Positions 29,201 through 37,896 are shown, numbered from the stretch's first letter. The stretch is 45,382 nt of DNA from Pseudoflavonifractor sp. (GCA_047637855.1 JBLJBF010000190.1:1-45382); one strand, 5' to 3'. Made by a program: numbers and translations. The notes: generated by a model not told the origin, from the letters alone.

Positions 29201-31856
29201 CTACGCCGACGGTTCCTACATCCAGCACCAGGCTCTGCCCTATATCGCGGGGTACGGCGCCGACCTCTATAATAACTTCGGCGTGTTCAGCACCCTCCTC
29301 AAGGGCACGGAATGGGAGATCAAGTACGGGGCAAACGAAGCCCCGCTGATCTACGACTTCGTATTCTCCGGCGTGGAGCCCTTTATCTATCAGACCCGCA
29401 CCATGGACCTCGTCACTGGGCGCGCCATCGTGCGCAATGGATACACCGACCGGGACAAGACCGCAGACATCCTCAGCGCCCTCGTGCCCATGAGCGGCAC
29501 CTTCCCCACGGCGGAGCAGAACGAACGCTTTGACCGCATGATGAAGTACTACCTGTCTCTGGACCCGCAGTACTACTACGAGCGGATGAGCAGCATCTAC
29601 TCCATCCGCCTTGCCAGCGAGCTGCTGAACGACCAGAGCGTCCAGCCCCGCTCTGACTATGCCCTTACCAAGACATTTGCCATGGATCGGACGGTGCATA
29701 TCACCCCCAACTTCGGGCTGGGCATCGCTATGCAGTCCACCCGCACCTTCTCCCATGAGATCATCGGCGAGGAGGGTAAGCGCACCTGGAACATTGCCAA
29801 CGGCATGGTTTTCCTCTACGACGCTGACGAGAATCAGTACGGCGACGGGTACTGGTGCTCGGTTGACCCCACCCGCCTGCCCGGCATCACCACCGAGCAC
29901 GTGGTGTACGCCAACGGCAGGGGCAGCCTGAACGCCAACATCTACGACTGGACCGGCGGCTCCTCCATCGGCTCGAACGGCGTGGCCGGTATGCGGATGA
30001 AAGCCATGAGCCGGAGCGATAATCCCTCGTCCTATGCCGTCGGTCCCCGTACCGGCGCGGACATGAAGAAGAGCTACTTCCTCTTTGGCGACCGTATCCT
30101 CATGCTGGGCTCCTCCATCACGTCGGGCACCGGCGACCATGTGGAGACCGTCGTGGACAACCGTAAGATCAAGCCAGACGGCACTAATGCCATCACGGTG
30201 GACGGCGCCGCAGCCAGCCTGACCGGGATTCCCACCGTTCTGGAGAACCCGTCTTGGCTGCATGTAGAAGGCAACGTCGCGGGCGCCGACGTGGGCTATT
30301 ACTTCCCCAAGGACATTGCCCTCCAGGCCCTCAAGGAGACCCGCACCGGCAACTGGGCTGATCAGGGCGGCGACTCCGGCACCGCCACGGGCACCTACGC
30401 CACCTTCTATGTGGATCACGGCGTGAAGCCCACCGACGCGACCTACGCCTATATGCTCCTGCCCGGCAAGAGCGCGAAAGAGACCGCCGCCTACGCGACC
30501 GCGCCCGACGTGGAGATCCTCCGTCAGGATGGAAGCGTCCACGCCGCGCGGGATAAGAGACAGAACATCCTGGCAGCCAACTTCTGGGAAGCGGGCTCGG
30601 TTGCGGGGATTACCGTCTCCGCGCCCGCCTCGGTCACGGTCGGGACCAAGGGCGACCTTATGACCGTCGGCGTCTCCGACCCCACCCAGCGGGACGTGCC
30701 CATCACCCTGAGCATGGCCGCCGTGGGTACGCTGGTCTCCAAGGATGCCACCGTCACCGTGGACGCCGACGCCCCCTTCATCAAGTTCAGCGTGAACACC
30801 GCAAAGAGCCTGGGAGGCACCCACACTGCCACCTTCAAGCTGACCAAGAGCGAGGGCCTGGAGCTGGTGAGCGCCGTCACGCGAGTGAAGGACATCACCG
30901 TGCCCACAGGAACGCCTTTCTCCGCGCTGGGCCTGCCCGCCAGCGGGGTCTTCGTGGCCACCGACGCGGCTGAGCACACTCTGCCCATTCTCTGGGCCCG
31001 CGGCACCTATACGCCCAACACCTATGGCGTCCACACCGTCGTCGGCACCCCCGTCCTCCCCGAGGGAATGGCAAACAGCATGGAGCTCAAGCTGGAAGTG
31101 GCCGTGAAAGTGAGCGACGGCGTTCTGGCCATTGGGGACACCTATGTCAACGATGGTGCCGCCGCCGCCAATAACTACGGAAAGAGCACCAGCCTGGCCG
31201 TAAAGCTTGACAATACCGGCTACCAGCGCGAGGCGCTGTTCCAATTTGACCTGACCGGTGTGCCCGAGACATATAAGACATTGGAATTCGTCTTCCAGGG
31301 AAGCTACGATCCCAACGGCTGGCAGGGTGGTGCGCTTTACCGGGTCGGAGACAACTGGGATGCAGACACTGTGAGCTGGAATACCAGATCCGCCCGGGTA
31401 GGCGGCGCAATTAAGACCTTTGGCCGAAACGATTTTGATCAGAACAGCGTCGTCCGGCTGGATATTACAGCCGCCGTGACGACGGCCCGCGCCGCAGGGG
31501 AGACCAAAATTTCCTTTGCAGTCGTCTGTACCGGCACACAGGCCTCCGCAAATCAGATGAGTATCCAATCCCTTGAGTCGGCTGCGGCACAGAAACCATC
31601 CATCCTATGGACCCAAGAGACGCTTGCCCCCGTTCCTGTGGACAAGGAGAACCTCGCCATGTTGGTGGATGTCGCGGAGGGACTGGATCTTGCACGTTTC
31701 CAGCGGTATGACGACAAGGAAATCACCGCCGCCGCCGCGGCTGCCAAGCAGGTGCTGAGTGATGAGAACGCCACCATGAACCAGATCAACGACGCGGAGG
31801 ACGCCATCCTCGTCCACCTTCTCGCTCTGCGCGTCAAGGTTCTCCCCGGTGCTTGA
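26211..31856 (+). CDS. Secreted PL8 polysaccharide lyase fused to LamG, calcineurin-like metallophosphoesterase, Ig-like (Big_4-type), DNRLRE-like and FIVAR domains
   Basis: PL8 motifs 'NWYHWEI', 'TGGNL', 'GDGFYADGSYIQH...GYG' (His/Tyr 9 apart), 'DPTRLPGIT', 'KKSYFLFGD'; phosphoesterase motifs DVH, GDN, GNHD, SH, GHIH; 'DTYV...NNYG...REALFQFDL'. Confidence 0.88.
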   Translation: MKVRKWLSGFMALMMALSIVVHPVAGAETGTQQGEPALNPAFGFENDLLLHTTFDTDTVEGTTVKDLSGKNHNGTLTGPLQLVPGISGNAVMFTGQSVAGSDGTKGDRYVDYGKSAGIIPATENFTVSVWFKSIGQATSNACLLGNKDYSSGGNPGFVFGIVGTGRELAYNYADAAKKAVEMAPGKGTSYPKMLGVVKDSKWHHLACTFDRKGNMIGYVDGQEAGRISISEYQDSIDAGLNLVLGAGGNYTNAASNCYMDELRVYSGALSAANVNELYQEFAGSLWAEKELVDMQAVVATLRPSVLFPQTAITAMRDKLNTAAAAAAEGSLTAQQISDLTAEYAAFCDGSEPLASFHVITDVHVSTSADANAQGYVAAMEGMKDLNADTTIAFVNIGDNTQSGQASEYNAFYQLTAAKKPVDDAQTLILMGNHDVRGADVGGNWNADPSDPTKFPYWATAKNLYITNNAPYMPESARTTLYHTKELDGYTFIMLNTELGLKDAMYMSDAQLAWFEQTMKEAYEKDPTKPIFIISHQALNDTHWRSNTLNGFDGVQTDGTGYPYQTGKDWAVKAVMAKYPNGIFLSGHIHNGFGVASVVPRAYGVNVDVPSLNETENGVRDRGVGYEVMIYGGYVAFRARNFITNTWLPQYDVVIPVGGNGYPQLIQKLEEPMSSLEWYSKADEAKLQGAFGAVWGAVNRYYNQAGISYKEAPPKELIFTPGQLADLSVQADAAWENIGLLDAVTRLPKPRPNSFDELREAWRAYLLGGTGTDLDLTDPAVDAYVQGLNVEASAYWNALIRSSQPRTSYIFPDLDMTQLSGSGTTQNQRSANIVTTLSRLRMLALAWATKGCDLYQGDYVRDEIISATDYVVNNYYKLGKYTNRGAPGNWYHWEISAPANLGNIAMVMYDVLGSERVALYGKTIQYYAPGCDVQGPNSPGPVMTGGNLLLKANGVAQAGILLKSGDMLENVRRGVKAVISSYNDPAMMFSTGNPGDGFYADGSYIQHQALPYIAGYGADLYNNFGVFSTLLKGTEWEIKYGANEAPLIYDFVFSGVEPFIYQTRTMDLVTGRAIVRNGYTDRDKTADILSALVPMSGTFPTAEQNERFDRMMKYYLSLDPQYYYERMSSIYSIRLASELLNDQSVQPRSDYALTKTFAMDRTVHITPNFGLGIAMQSTRTFSHEIIGEEGKRTWNIANGMVFLYDADENQYGDGYWCSVDPTRLPGITTEHVVYANGRGSLNANIYDWTGGSSIGSNGVAGMRMKAMSRSDNPSSYAVGPRTGADMKKSYFLFGDRILMLGSSITSGTGDHVETVVDNRKIKPDGTNAITVDGAAASLTGIPTVLENPSWLHVEGNVAGADVGYYFPKDIALQALKETRTGNWADQGGDSGTATGTYATFYVDHGVKPTDATYAYMLLPGKSAKETAAYATAPDVEILRQDGSVHAARDKRQNILAANFWEAGSVAGITVSAPASVTVGTKGDLMTVGVSDPTQRDVPITLSMAAVGTLVSKDATVTVDADAPFIKFSVNTAKSLGGTHTATFKLTKSEGLELVSAVTRVKDITVPTGTPFSALGLPASGVFVATDAAEHTLPILWARGTYTPNTYGVHTVVGTPVLPEGMANSMELKLEVAVKVSDGVLAIGDTYVNDGAAAANNYGKSTSLAVKLDNTGYQREALFQFDLTGVPETYKTLEFVFQGSYDPNGWQGGALYRVGDNWDADTVSWNTRSARVGGAIKTFGRNDFDQNSVVRLDITAAVTTARAAGETKISFAVVCTGTQASANQMSIQSLESAAAQKPSILWTQETLAPVPVDKENLAMLVDVAEGLDLARFQRYDDKEITAAAAAAKQVLSDENATMNQINDAEDAILVHLLALRVKVLPGA

Positions 31857-31869
31857 GTATGATTGGAAT

Positions 31870-31909
31870 GGTATGCCCGCCGCCGAATCTTTCCGGCGGC
31901 GGGCATACC
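31870..31909 (+). terminator. 16-bp perfect stem-loop after the PL8 gene (no U-tract; stabiliser or weak terminator)
   Basis: GGTATGCCCGCCGCCG-aatctttc-CGGCGGCGGGCATACC. Confidence 0.6.
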
Positions 31910-31956
31910 GCAACAGAAGAAACCAAAAAAATGTTCCCGAAGAAAGGGGGAAGAGA

Positions 31957-32083
31957 ATGAGAGCAAAACGATTTCTCAGCGCGCTCACGGCGGCGCATTG
32001 ACGCTCAGCCTGGTGAGTGTCAGTCCTGCTCTTGCGGACCAGGACCAGGAGCAGGAATTCTCCATATCCATGGATGGAACTTA
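31957..32083 (+). pseudogene. 5' stub of a secreted-protein gene (frameshifted signal peptide)
   Basis: AAAGGGGG RBS; MRAKRFLSALTAA / LTLSLVSVSPALA-DQDQEQEFSISMDG across a frameshift, then truncated. Confidence 0.55.
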
Positions 32084-32194
32084 CTTTTATAAACAAGATG
32101 TATCTCTATGACGACAAAATGGCTGTCCTGTATAACACACAGGACAGCCATTCTGATGTGACCATCGACGATTTGAGTTCGTCTAGGGTCGTGT
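32082..32194 (+). pseudogene. C-terminal tail of a second large serine recombinase
   Basis: 'TFINKMYLYDDKMAVLYN' aligns with 'AFINSVFVHDDKVVLTFN' of the 2980-4170 recombinase. Confidence 0.65.
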
Positions 32195-32216
32195 TGGGCA
32201 TTCGCAACGATATAGA
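32195..32216 (+). repeat. 22-bp direct repeat, copy 2
   Basis: TGGGCATTCGCAACGATATAGA, identical to 2808-2829. Confidence 0.9.
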
Positions 32217-32287
32217 TGCCTTTTATTTAAAGCATGTGGAGTACACGATAAGCCGCCCTTGCCAGCTGGAACGTTACAATTTCCTGA

Positions 32288-32956
32288 TTAAGAGCCTCCC
32301 ACAATAAACGACAGAGAGTTAAATATGAACTTTAGCTGCCTGCATCCATCAAAATAGAAAAGAATCTTGTCAAAATCTATTTCTTCCGGCTTACGTGCGG
32401 GACAATATGCACGAATATACGCAGAAACAACCTCGTTTTCTGTGTATCCCACCTCTTTTAGAAACTGTTCTGCCGTTAGAATATTCCCTCCGTTGGCATC
32501 GTAGTAGAATGACCAGACCCATTGCCATGGCTGATAGGAGCCATAGGCCGATGAAATTGTGTCAAAAACTGAGATGCTGTATACTCCGTCAAATTCGGTG
32601 ACGGAGTAGTCATATTGATACCATGTGTACTGATATCCTTCGGCAGTTTCCCAGTCGCTGAGTTCAGTTTGGATAATAGGATAGTAAAACTCAGTCTCGA
32701 TGGCCTTATTTAGCTTATCGGCGTTAGGATATTTCTCGCTGATTCTCGGAAGGCGGACATCGACTCTGCAACGCTCACCGTCGTCCAGATGGTATTCCAC
32801 ACCTGTTTCCACAAGTATTTGCGGGGAACCCGTAGGCACTGCGATCTCTGAAGTCGGCGGCGGCACATTACTGGGCATAGGGTCAGTGGAGGCACAACCA
32901 GAGAAAAGGAAACAACCGCATAGAAGAAATGCCATACACAAGTATAGGTGTTTCAT
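32288..32956 (-). CDS. Lipoprotein of unknown function (PdaC/DUF3298-like signature)
   Basis: AAAGGA RBS; lipobox FSGC; 'LPRISEKYPNADKLNKAI', 'FYYDANGGNILT'. Confidence 0.65.
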   Translation of the reverse strand: MKHLYLCMAFLLCGCFLFSGCASTDPMPSNVPPPTSEIAVPTGSPQILVETGVEYHLDDGERCRVDVRLPRISEKYPNADKLNKAIETEFYYPIIQTELSDWETAEGYQYTWYQYDYSVTEFDGVYSISVFDTISSAYGSYQPWQWVWSFYYDANGGNILTAEQFLKEVGYTENEVVSAYIRAYCPARKPEEIDFDKILFYFDGCRQLKFIFNSLSFIVGGS

Positions 32957-33164
32957 AGATCGTCCTTTCTTGGAGAATACGGGGTCTGCCCGAAGTCCGC
33001 GGTGTACCACGGGTCGGCGATATCCCCTGTGTCTGCCCGCCTTGGCACGGGTGGAAAATAATAGCATACACATGACAGACCTGTGATTATCCTGCCGCAA
33101 AGGGGGTCTAGCCTGAATTGCGCTACGTCAACACCATCCTCAATGATGGCAATCCTGAACTGTT

Positions 33165-35051
33165 TCATGAATCCCTTCGGCTCAACACCTCTAATGGCTC
33201 TGCCTGGAGATTTTTCTGAATAGCGGCAAGGCTTACCAGGAGGATAAACAGAGTAACGGCAAGAGCAACCCATAGAGCAACGATAGGGGATGTGCCCGAC
33301 AGAACGACATTCTTCGTCACGTTCGCATGGTTTACCCAGTTGCTGAACGCGGTGCTGAAGGTTTCGCTCACCGTGTGGTTGACCTGGGTGAAAACCTTAT
33401 CGGTCCCCAGATATCCTGCCATACCGCCCAGAGTGACACTGGGCAGGGTGACAGACAAAAGACCGCTCAAGAGGGAGAGACGGCACTGGTTTTTGGTCAC
33501 ACCAAGGGAGCGCTCCACAGCGGTGCGGCCCTTCTGCTTCTGCACGGAGAGGAGGACGAAGAAGAGCACAGTGGCGACGGCGGCCCCCGCTCCGGAGACG
33601 GCCAGCAGGGTGCCCATGCGCTTCACGTCGTCCATCCCGGCCTTGAGCTGTTCGTACCCGCCGTCGTAGAAGGTGATTTCAAGATTGGGAATCCCCAGCT
33701 TATTGAAACGCTCCATGTACTGCCGAATCGTGCCGTTGGGTATCTGAAAAGAGGTAGTGCCCGGCTGCATAGGGCCGACGGCGGCAATGTTGTTCTCATC
33801 GCTGTTTTTGATGGACTTTTGGGGTACGATGATGCCGTTGTCGGGAAGCTCCAGGCCGGTGGTCAGCATACTCTGTCCCCCCTTGGGGGTGTAGACGCCC
33901 ACGATTTTATAGGTGCTGCGCTCAAACACGGGATAGGGCTCTTGCTTTGCGTTCAAGAGGGTATAGGGGATGGCAGAGCCGCCATCCATCATGCCGTTGC
34001 CGGGTATGAAGACCTTGTTGGGCTCATACCGGTAATCGGCCAGATAGAGGGGAAGCTCTACGGTATCCCCCACTTTTAGCTTATTGCGCTGGGCCAGCTT
34101 ATAGGGGAGCAGACAGACCGGTTCACCGGCGTCATACTCCTGATCTGTGATGTCCCGCCCCTCACGGAGAGGAGCTTCCTCTTGGTAGAACGGGAGGAAC
34201 AGCTTTGTACGCTCAACCGGAAGAACCAAAACGGTATTGGTGACGCGGTCGTAGGCCTCCATGAGGCTTTTCCATTCCAGCCAGGCTTTTGAAGTAAAAA
34301 AGCCTTCGGTTACCTCCTCCCAGTTGGTATCAAGGTGAGGTTCTGCGGGGAAGGGTACTCCCTGGCGGGTGAACTGTTCCCCGTTAAGAGGGGGATTCAG
34401 GATAGACTCGCTGCCAGCACTTTGGTTTGCCTTGGTGCGGGTTGGATGCCAAAAGGGGCCGTTATTCCACCACGCAATATACTGTTTACCCGCCTGGAGC
34501 ATTCCGGGGTGCTCGGTATAATGGTCGCAGAGCCAGCGGTAATCTGCTGGCGTGGAATCGCCCCAGAGATGTTCGACGATATTGACGCGCATGGGTTCTG
34601 AAGGCACGCCGTTCTCCACAGGTTCAAAAATGGCGATTTCTCCGTTGGCGTTGAGCCAATGCGCTTTTACCGTCTCGTCCTGCCTTCGAACAATATAGCC
34701 GCTCCAATCCGTCCAATAGCAGGGGCGCTGCTTGGGCGGGATAATGTAGTTTGCCCCCTCAAAGTCCAGGACCGACTCTGGCAGAAAGGTATCGGCAGTA
34801 ATTTCACCGTAGGGGATATACTGCTTTAAGCCCGCGTCCCAAAACTCGGATATCTTTATATTGTCGCTGGTCTGCCTCACCAGCCCGATGGTGGTGAAAG
34901 CCGCGTCATAATTTCGCATATTTTCCCCGCTCATGGTCCAAAGCCCGGTCCCCACCGCCAGCACCGCCACAGATATCAGCAGCAGTGCGAAGGCCGCGGC
35001 CGAACTGGCCCTCATGCGCAGCTGTTGCTGGACCCCATGCCGCCAGATCAT
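33165..35051 (-). CDS. FtsX/MacB-like ABC permease with a large extracellular domain
   Basis: N-terminal TM; 'EGRDITDQEYDAGEPVCLL...NKLKVGDTV'; C-terminal TMs with 'ERSLGVTK'. Confidence 0.85.
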   Translation of the reverse strand: MIWRHGVQQQLRMRASSAAAFALLLISVAVLAVGTGLWTMSGENMRNYDAAFTTIGLVRQTSDNIKISEFWDAGLKQYIPYGEITADTFLPESVLDFEGANYIIPPKQRPCYWTDWSGYIVRRQDETVKAHWLNANGEIAIFEPVENGVPSEPMRVNIVEHLWGDSTPADYRWLCDHYTEHPGMLQAGKQYIAWWNNGPFWHPTRTKANQSAGSESILNPPLNGEQFTRQGVPFPAEPHLDTNWEEVTEGFFTSKAWLEWKSLMEAYDRVTNTVLVLPVERTKLFLPFYQEEAPLREGRDITDQEYDAGEPVCLLPYKLAQRNKLKVGDTVELPLYLADYRYEPNKVFIPGNGMMDGGSAIPYTLLNAKQEPYPVFERSTYKIVGVYTPKGGQSMLTTGLELPDNGIIVPQKSIKNSDENNIAAVGPMQPGTTSFQIPNGTIRQYMERFNKLGIPNLEITFYDGGYEQLKAGMDDVKRMGTLLAVSGAGAAVATVLFFVLLSVQKQKGRTAVERSLGVTKNQCRLSLLSGLLSVTLPSVTLGGMAGYLGTDKVFTQVNHTVSETFSTAFSNWVNHANVTKNVVLSGTSPIVALWVALAVTLFILLVSLAAIQKNLQAEPLEVLSRRDS

Positions 35052-35728
35052 ACCCCCGTCCTCTCCACCGTGAGCCGCCCGTCCTTCATGGCGTACACCA
35101 CGTCGGCCCGTGCCGCCACGTCGGAGTCGTGGGTGACCACGATGACGGCGTACCCCCGCCGATGGGCCATATCGCTGAGGAGGGCGACGATAATGTCTGC
35201 GTTCTCGCTGTCCAGGTTTCCGGTAGGCTCGTCCGCCAGGAGAATCTTCCCGCCCGAGGCCATGGCCCTGGCGATGGCAACCCGCTGCTGCTCGCCGCCG
35301 CTCATCATCTGAGGGCGCTGACGGTAAATCCTGGGGGCCAGCCCCACCTCACCGATGAGTTGTCTGGCCCGGCTGTCAGCCTCCTTTGCGGGGACGCGGC
35401 GCAGCTCCATGGGGTACTTCACATTCTCCAGCGCCGTGAGGAGAGGAAAGAGGTGGAACGCCTGGTAGACCACCGAGACGGTCTCGCGGCGGTATTTGTC
35501 CCGGTCAAGGCTGGTCATTGGCTGGCCATCCACAGTGATGCCGCCTTCCGTTGGAAGGTCCAGCCCCGCCAACAGAGAAAGTAAAGTTGATTTCCCACTG
35601 CCCGAGTGACCCACGATTGCATACACGTTCCCTGAATCAAAGGTACAGGAGACGTTTTTTACGGCCTCTACCTTCTGGTAGCGGCTCTGGTAGGTGTAGC
35701 TCACCTCATGTACTTCCAAAATGCTCAT
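35048..35728 (-). CDS. ABC ATPase (LolD/MacB-like)
   Basis: GHSGSGKST, MSGGEQQRVAIARA, LADEPTGNLD, VTHD. Confidence 0.95.
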   Translation of the reverse strand: MSILEVHEVSYTYQSRYQKVEAVKNVSCTFDSGNVYAIVGHSGSGKSTLLSLLAGLDLPTEGGITVDGQPMTSLDRDKYRRETVSVVYQAFHLFPLLTALENVKYPMELRRVPAKEADSRARQLIGEVGLAPRIYRQRPQMMSGGEQQRVAIARAMASGGKILLADEPTGNLDSENADIIVALLSDMAHRRGYAVIVVTHDSDVAARADVVYAMKDGRLTVERTGV

Positions 35729-35741
35729 TTATCGTTTCTCC

Positions 35742-36956
35742 CTAATCCGTCTGTGTGAGGACTTCCATCACGCTGAACCGCTGTATGCTGAAGAGCGCCG
35801 CCGCCGTCCCGATGCAGTAGAGGAGGAATAAGGCGGGGAGCAGGGGAGAGACCCCTGTGCCACCCAGGGCGGCGGCGGCAAAAAGGCCAAGGAGACCGCC
35901 GCAGAGAGTTAGGGACCCGGCCTCCAGCATATATGTCAAGAAGGCCTGCCGGTTGTCCACGCCCAATGTGCGCATGATTGCGAGTTCCTTCCGCCGTCCC
36001 CGCATCAGGAGGTACGAGGTCATAAAGCCCATGGCGGCCGTGGCGGAAAATACGAAAGGCAGGAATACTGTGAGCATATCCAAGGTTCGACGGAGCTGGG
36101 TGGCGGCCTTGATGTAATGCTCGTCACTGATGCTTAGGGCTACGCCCTTTCGGCTGGGGGCAGCACGGAGGTCGGTAGAGGAAAAGCCCGCCGCAAGCAT
36201 CTCCTCCTTAAAGGCGTTGAGTGCGGCCGTGTCTACCTTAAAGCTGACCGAGTTGGCGGACAGGGCCTTCTTGGCGGGCAGGGCATCGATAAGGCTGTAG
36301 GGAAAGAGGAAATTAGGACGATTGCCATCCACCAAGGTGGGAAGGTCAGAACTGTACGAACCTACGATGCGGAGGGTGCCGGAAGCATGGTAGTCATATC
36401 CTGGGATGGGATAGCCCGCCTCGTCATACCTATACAGGAGGATGGATACGTCCACGGTGTCGCCCAGTTTAAAGCCCTGCTCCTTCAAAAAGCTGCTCTT
36501 GGCGACACAGACCGCCGTACTACCACTCAAGAGAGTACCGTCGTATCCCTCCAGATAGGTGAACGCCTCAGTAGCCAGGAAGGGAAAGGCGGCCAAGGAG
36601 TTAGAGGCCACAGCGGCATTGGCTCTAACCAATCCTAAATTTTCGGGCGGTTCCAGCCCAAGTGTGAAAGCGAGCTGGGACGCGACCGCCAAGTCAGAGG
36701 TGTAGGGGGAATCCCAAAGGGCCATGACCCGCTTCCTGGGAATGTCCAGCGCTAAGTCCTGCCCGCCATTGAGATTGGTCACCTTCCCTGTGATGGGGAG
36801 GGTTTCCTCCAGTGAGCCCAGTTGGCGTTCATTTTCTCGTATGCTCCCCAGATAGATGCACAGAAAAAAAGCAACACAGAGAGACACGACAGCAAAGAGA
36901 AGGTTTTCCTTCCAGTGCCGTGTGATGTTCCGCATTGCAGCTGAAAATATCAGCAT
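35742..36956 (-). CDS. FtsX-like ABC permease
   Basis: Start at ATG 36956 after GGCGGTGA; 'RRKELAIMRTLG' and four-TM layout. Confidence 0.85.
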   Translation of the reverse strand: MLIFSAAMRNITRHWKENLLFAVVSLCVAFFLCIYLGSIRENERQLGSLEETLPITGKVTNLNGGQDLALDIPRKRVMALWDSPYTSDLAVASQLAFTLGLEPPENLGLVRANAAVASNSLAAFPFLATEAFTYLEGYDGTLLSGSTAVCVAKSSFLKEQGFKLGDTVDVSILLYRYDEAGYPIPGYDYHASGTLRIVGSYSSDLPTLVDGNRPNFLFPYSLIDALPAKKALSANSVSFKVDTAALNAFKEEMLAAGFSSTDLRAAPSRKGVALSISDEHYIKAATQLRRTLDMLTVFLPFVFSATAAMGFMTSYLLMRGRRKELAIMRTLGVDNRQAFLTYMLEAGSLTLCGGLLGLFAAAALGGTGVSPLLPALFLLYCIGTAAALFSIQRFSVMEVLTQTD

Positions 36957-37409
36957 GAATATCACCGCCAGATTCAAAAGATAGAGTATATTCATTATAA
37001 CGCTGAGTGGGGCAAAATCGTAATAAGTAATGCTGTGACAGTTTTGCCATCCCGGGCAGACCATAGGGCATGGACACACCTGTCCTGCGAGCAGGTCCTT
37101 CGCGAAGACCTTCTGCGGGAAAACATCCCAGTGCACATTTTATTTTTCAGGAACTTATAGTTTACCGGCTATGGGAGCTTCATCTTCGTAATTACTAACT
37201 TGCCATCCATACTCCTATAGCCATAGCAAGCAAAATTTGCTTACCCCGATATACCAAACCGGCTTGTGGATTTTGCAAATTGGGGGAAGTATCTTTATGC
37301 CGCAAGGGATCACTGTTACTTTTGACATAAAGATGGCTTCTAATATTTTCATTTATTTTATCAGAAGTAATATATAATTGCAAATTTTCCCGCTGCACAA
37401 TTAGAGCGT

Positions 37410-37713
37410 TTTCGTACCGCTCCACAAGGCCGTCATTTTTTATTTGGGCACCTCCGTCACTGACCGTTTTTTTGCAGCAGCACCTTGCCGGTGTACTTCT
37501 CGTCGGAGAGGCTCTTGTCGGCTGTCTTCCGGTCCCGCCTGAGATGTCTTGGCAGAGAGAATGCGCTGCTTTTCCAGGCCGTCAGCAAGCTTGCCGAGGC
37601 TGTCTCCCCACCAGGTACCGTGCAAAGATTCAACGAACAATTTCTGCTTCCTGAGGATTCACGATGAGGCCTTTGGATGTAAGATCATACCCATAGCATT
37701 TATGGCCTGCCAT
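37410..37713 (-). pseudogene. Third serine-recombinase remnant (recombinase DNA-binding domain) with an in-frame stop and frameshifts
   Basis: Stitched frames: MAGHKCYGYDLTSKGLIVNPQEAEIVR*IFARYL / DSLGKLADGLEKQRILS / LSDEKYTGKVLLQK. Confidence 0.7.
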
Positions 37714-37812
37714 TTTTGAATTGCCCTCTTAAAATCCCTTTCCCATACTGGCCTTTATTGATTCGTTTTTCTCGAATGTATTTATTATCAATAACTCCTT
37801 TATCTCTTAAAA

Positions 37813-37864
37813 GTAAGCGACAAGCCACCTCAAGCACTTTTGTGCCAGGAGGCTTGTCGCTTAC
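37813..37864. repeat. Inverted repeat with GTAAGCG termini (IS66-end-like) or a minus-strand terminator
   Basis: GTAAGCGACAAGCCACCT...AGGAGGCTTGTCGCTTAC, 17/18 match. Confidence 0.6.
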
Positions 37865-37896
37865 AAACGCCAATATAAAAGACCAACGTCGGAGGG

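Noticed and set aside
28941-31568. 875-aa minus-strand ORF (also 27495-28883)
   Set aside because: Antisense shadow of the GC-rich PL8 gene; no recognisable motifs
36957-37136. Cys-rich N-terminal extension of the permease, or a small peptide precursor
   Set aside because: No RBS; a better start with RBS lies at 36956 and the region looks like promoter DNA
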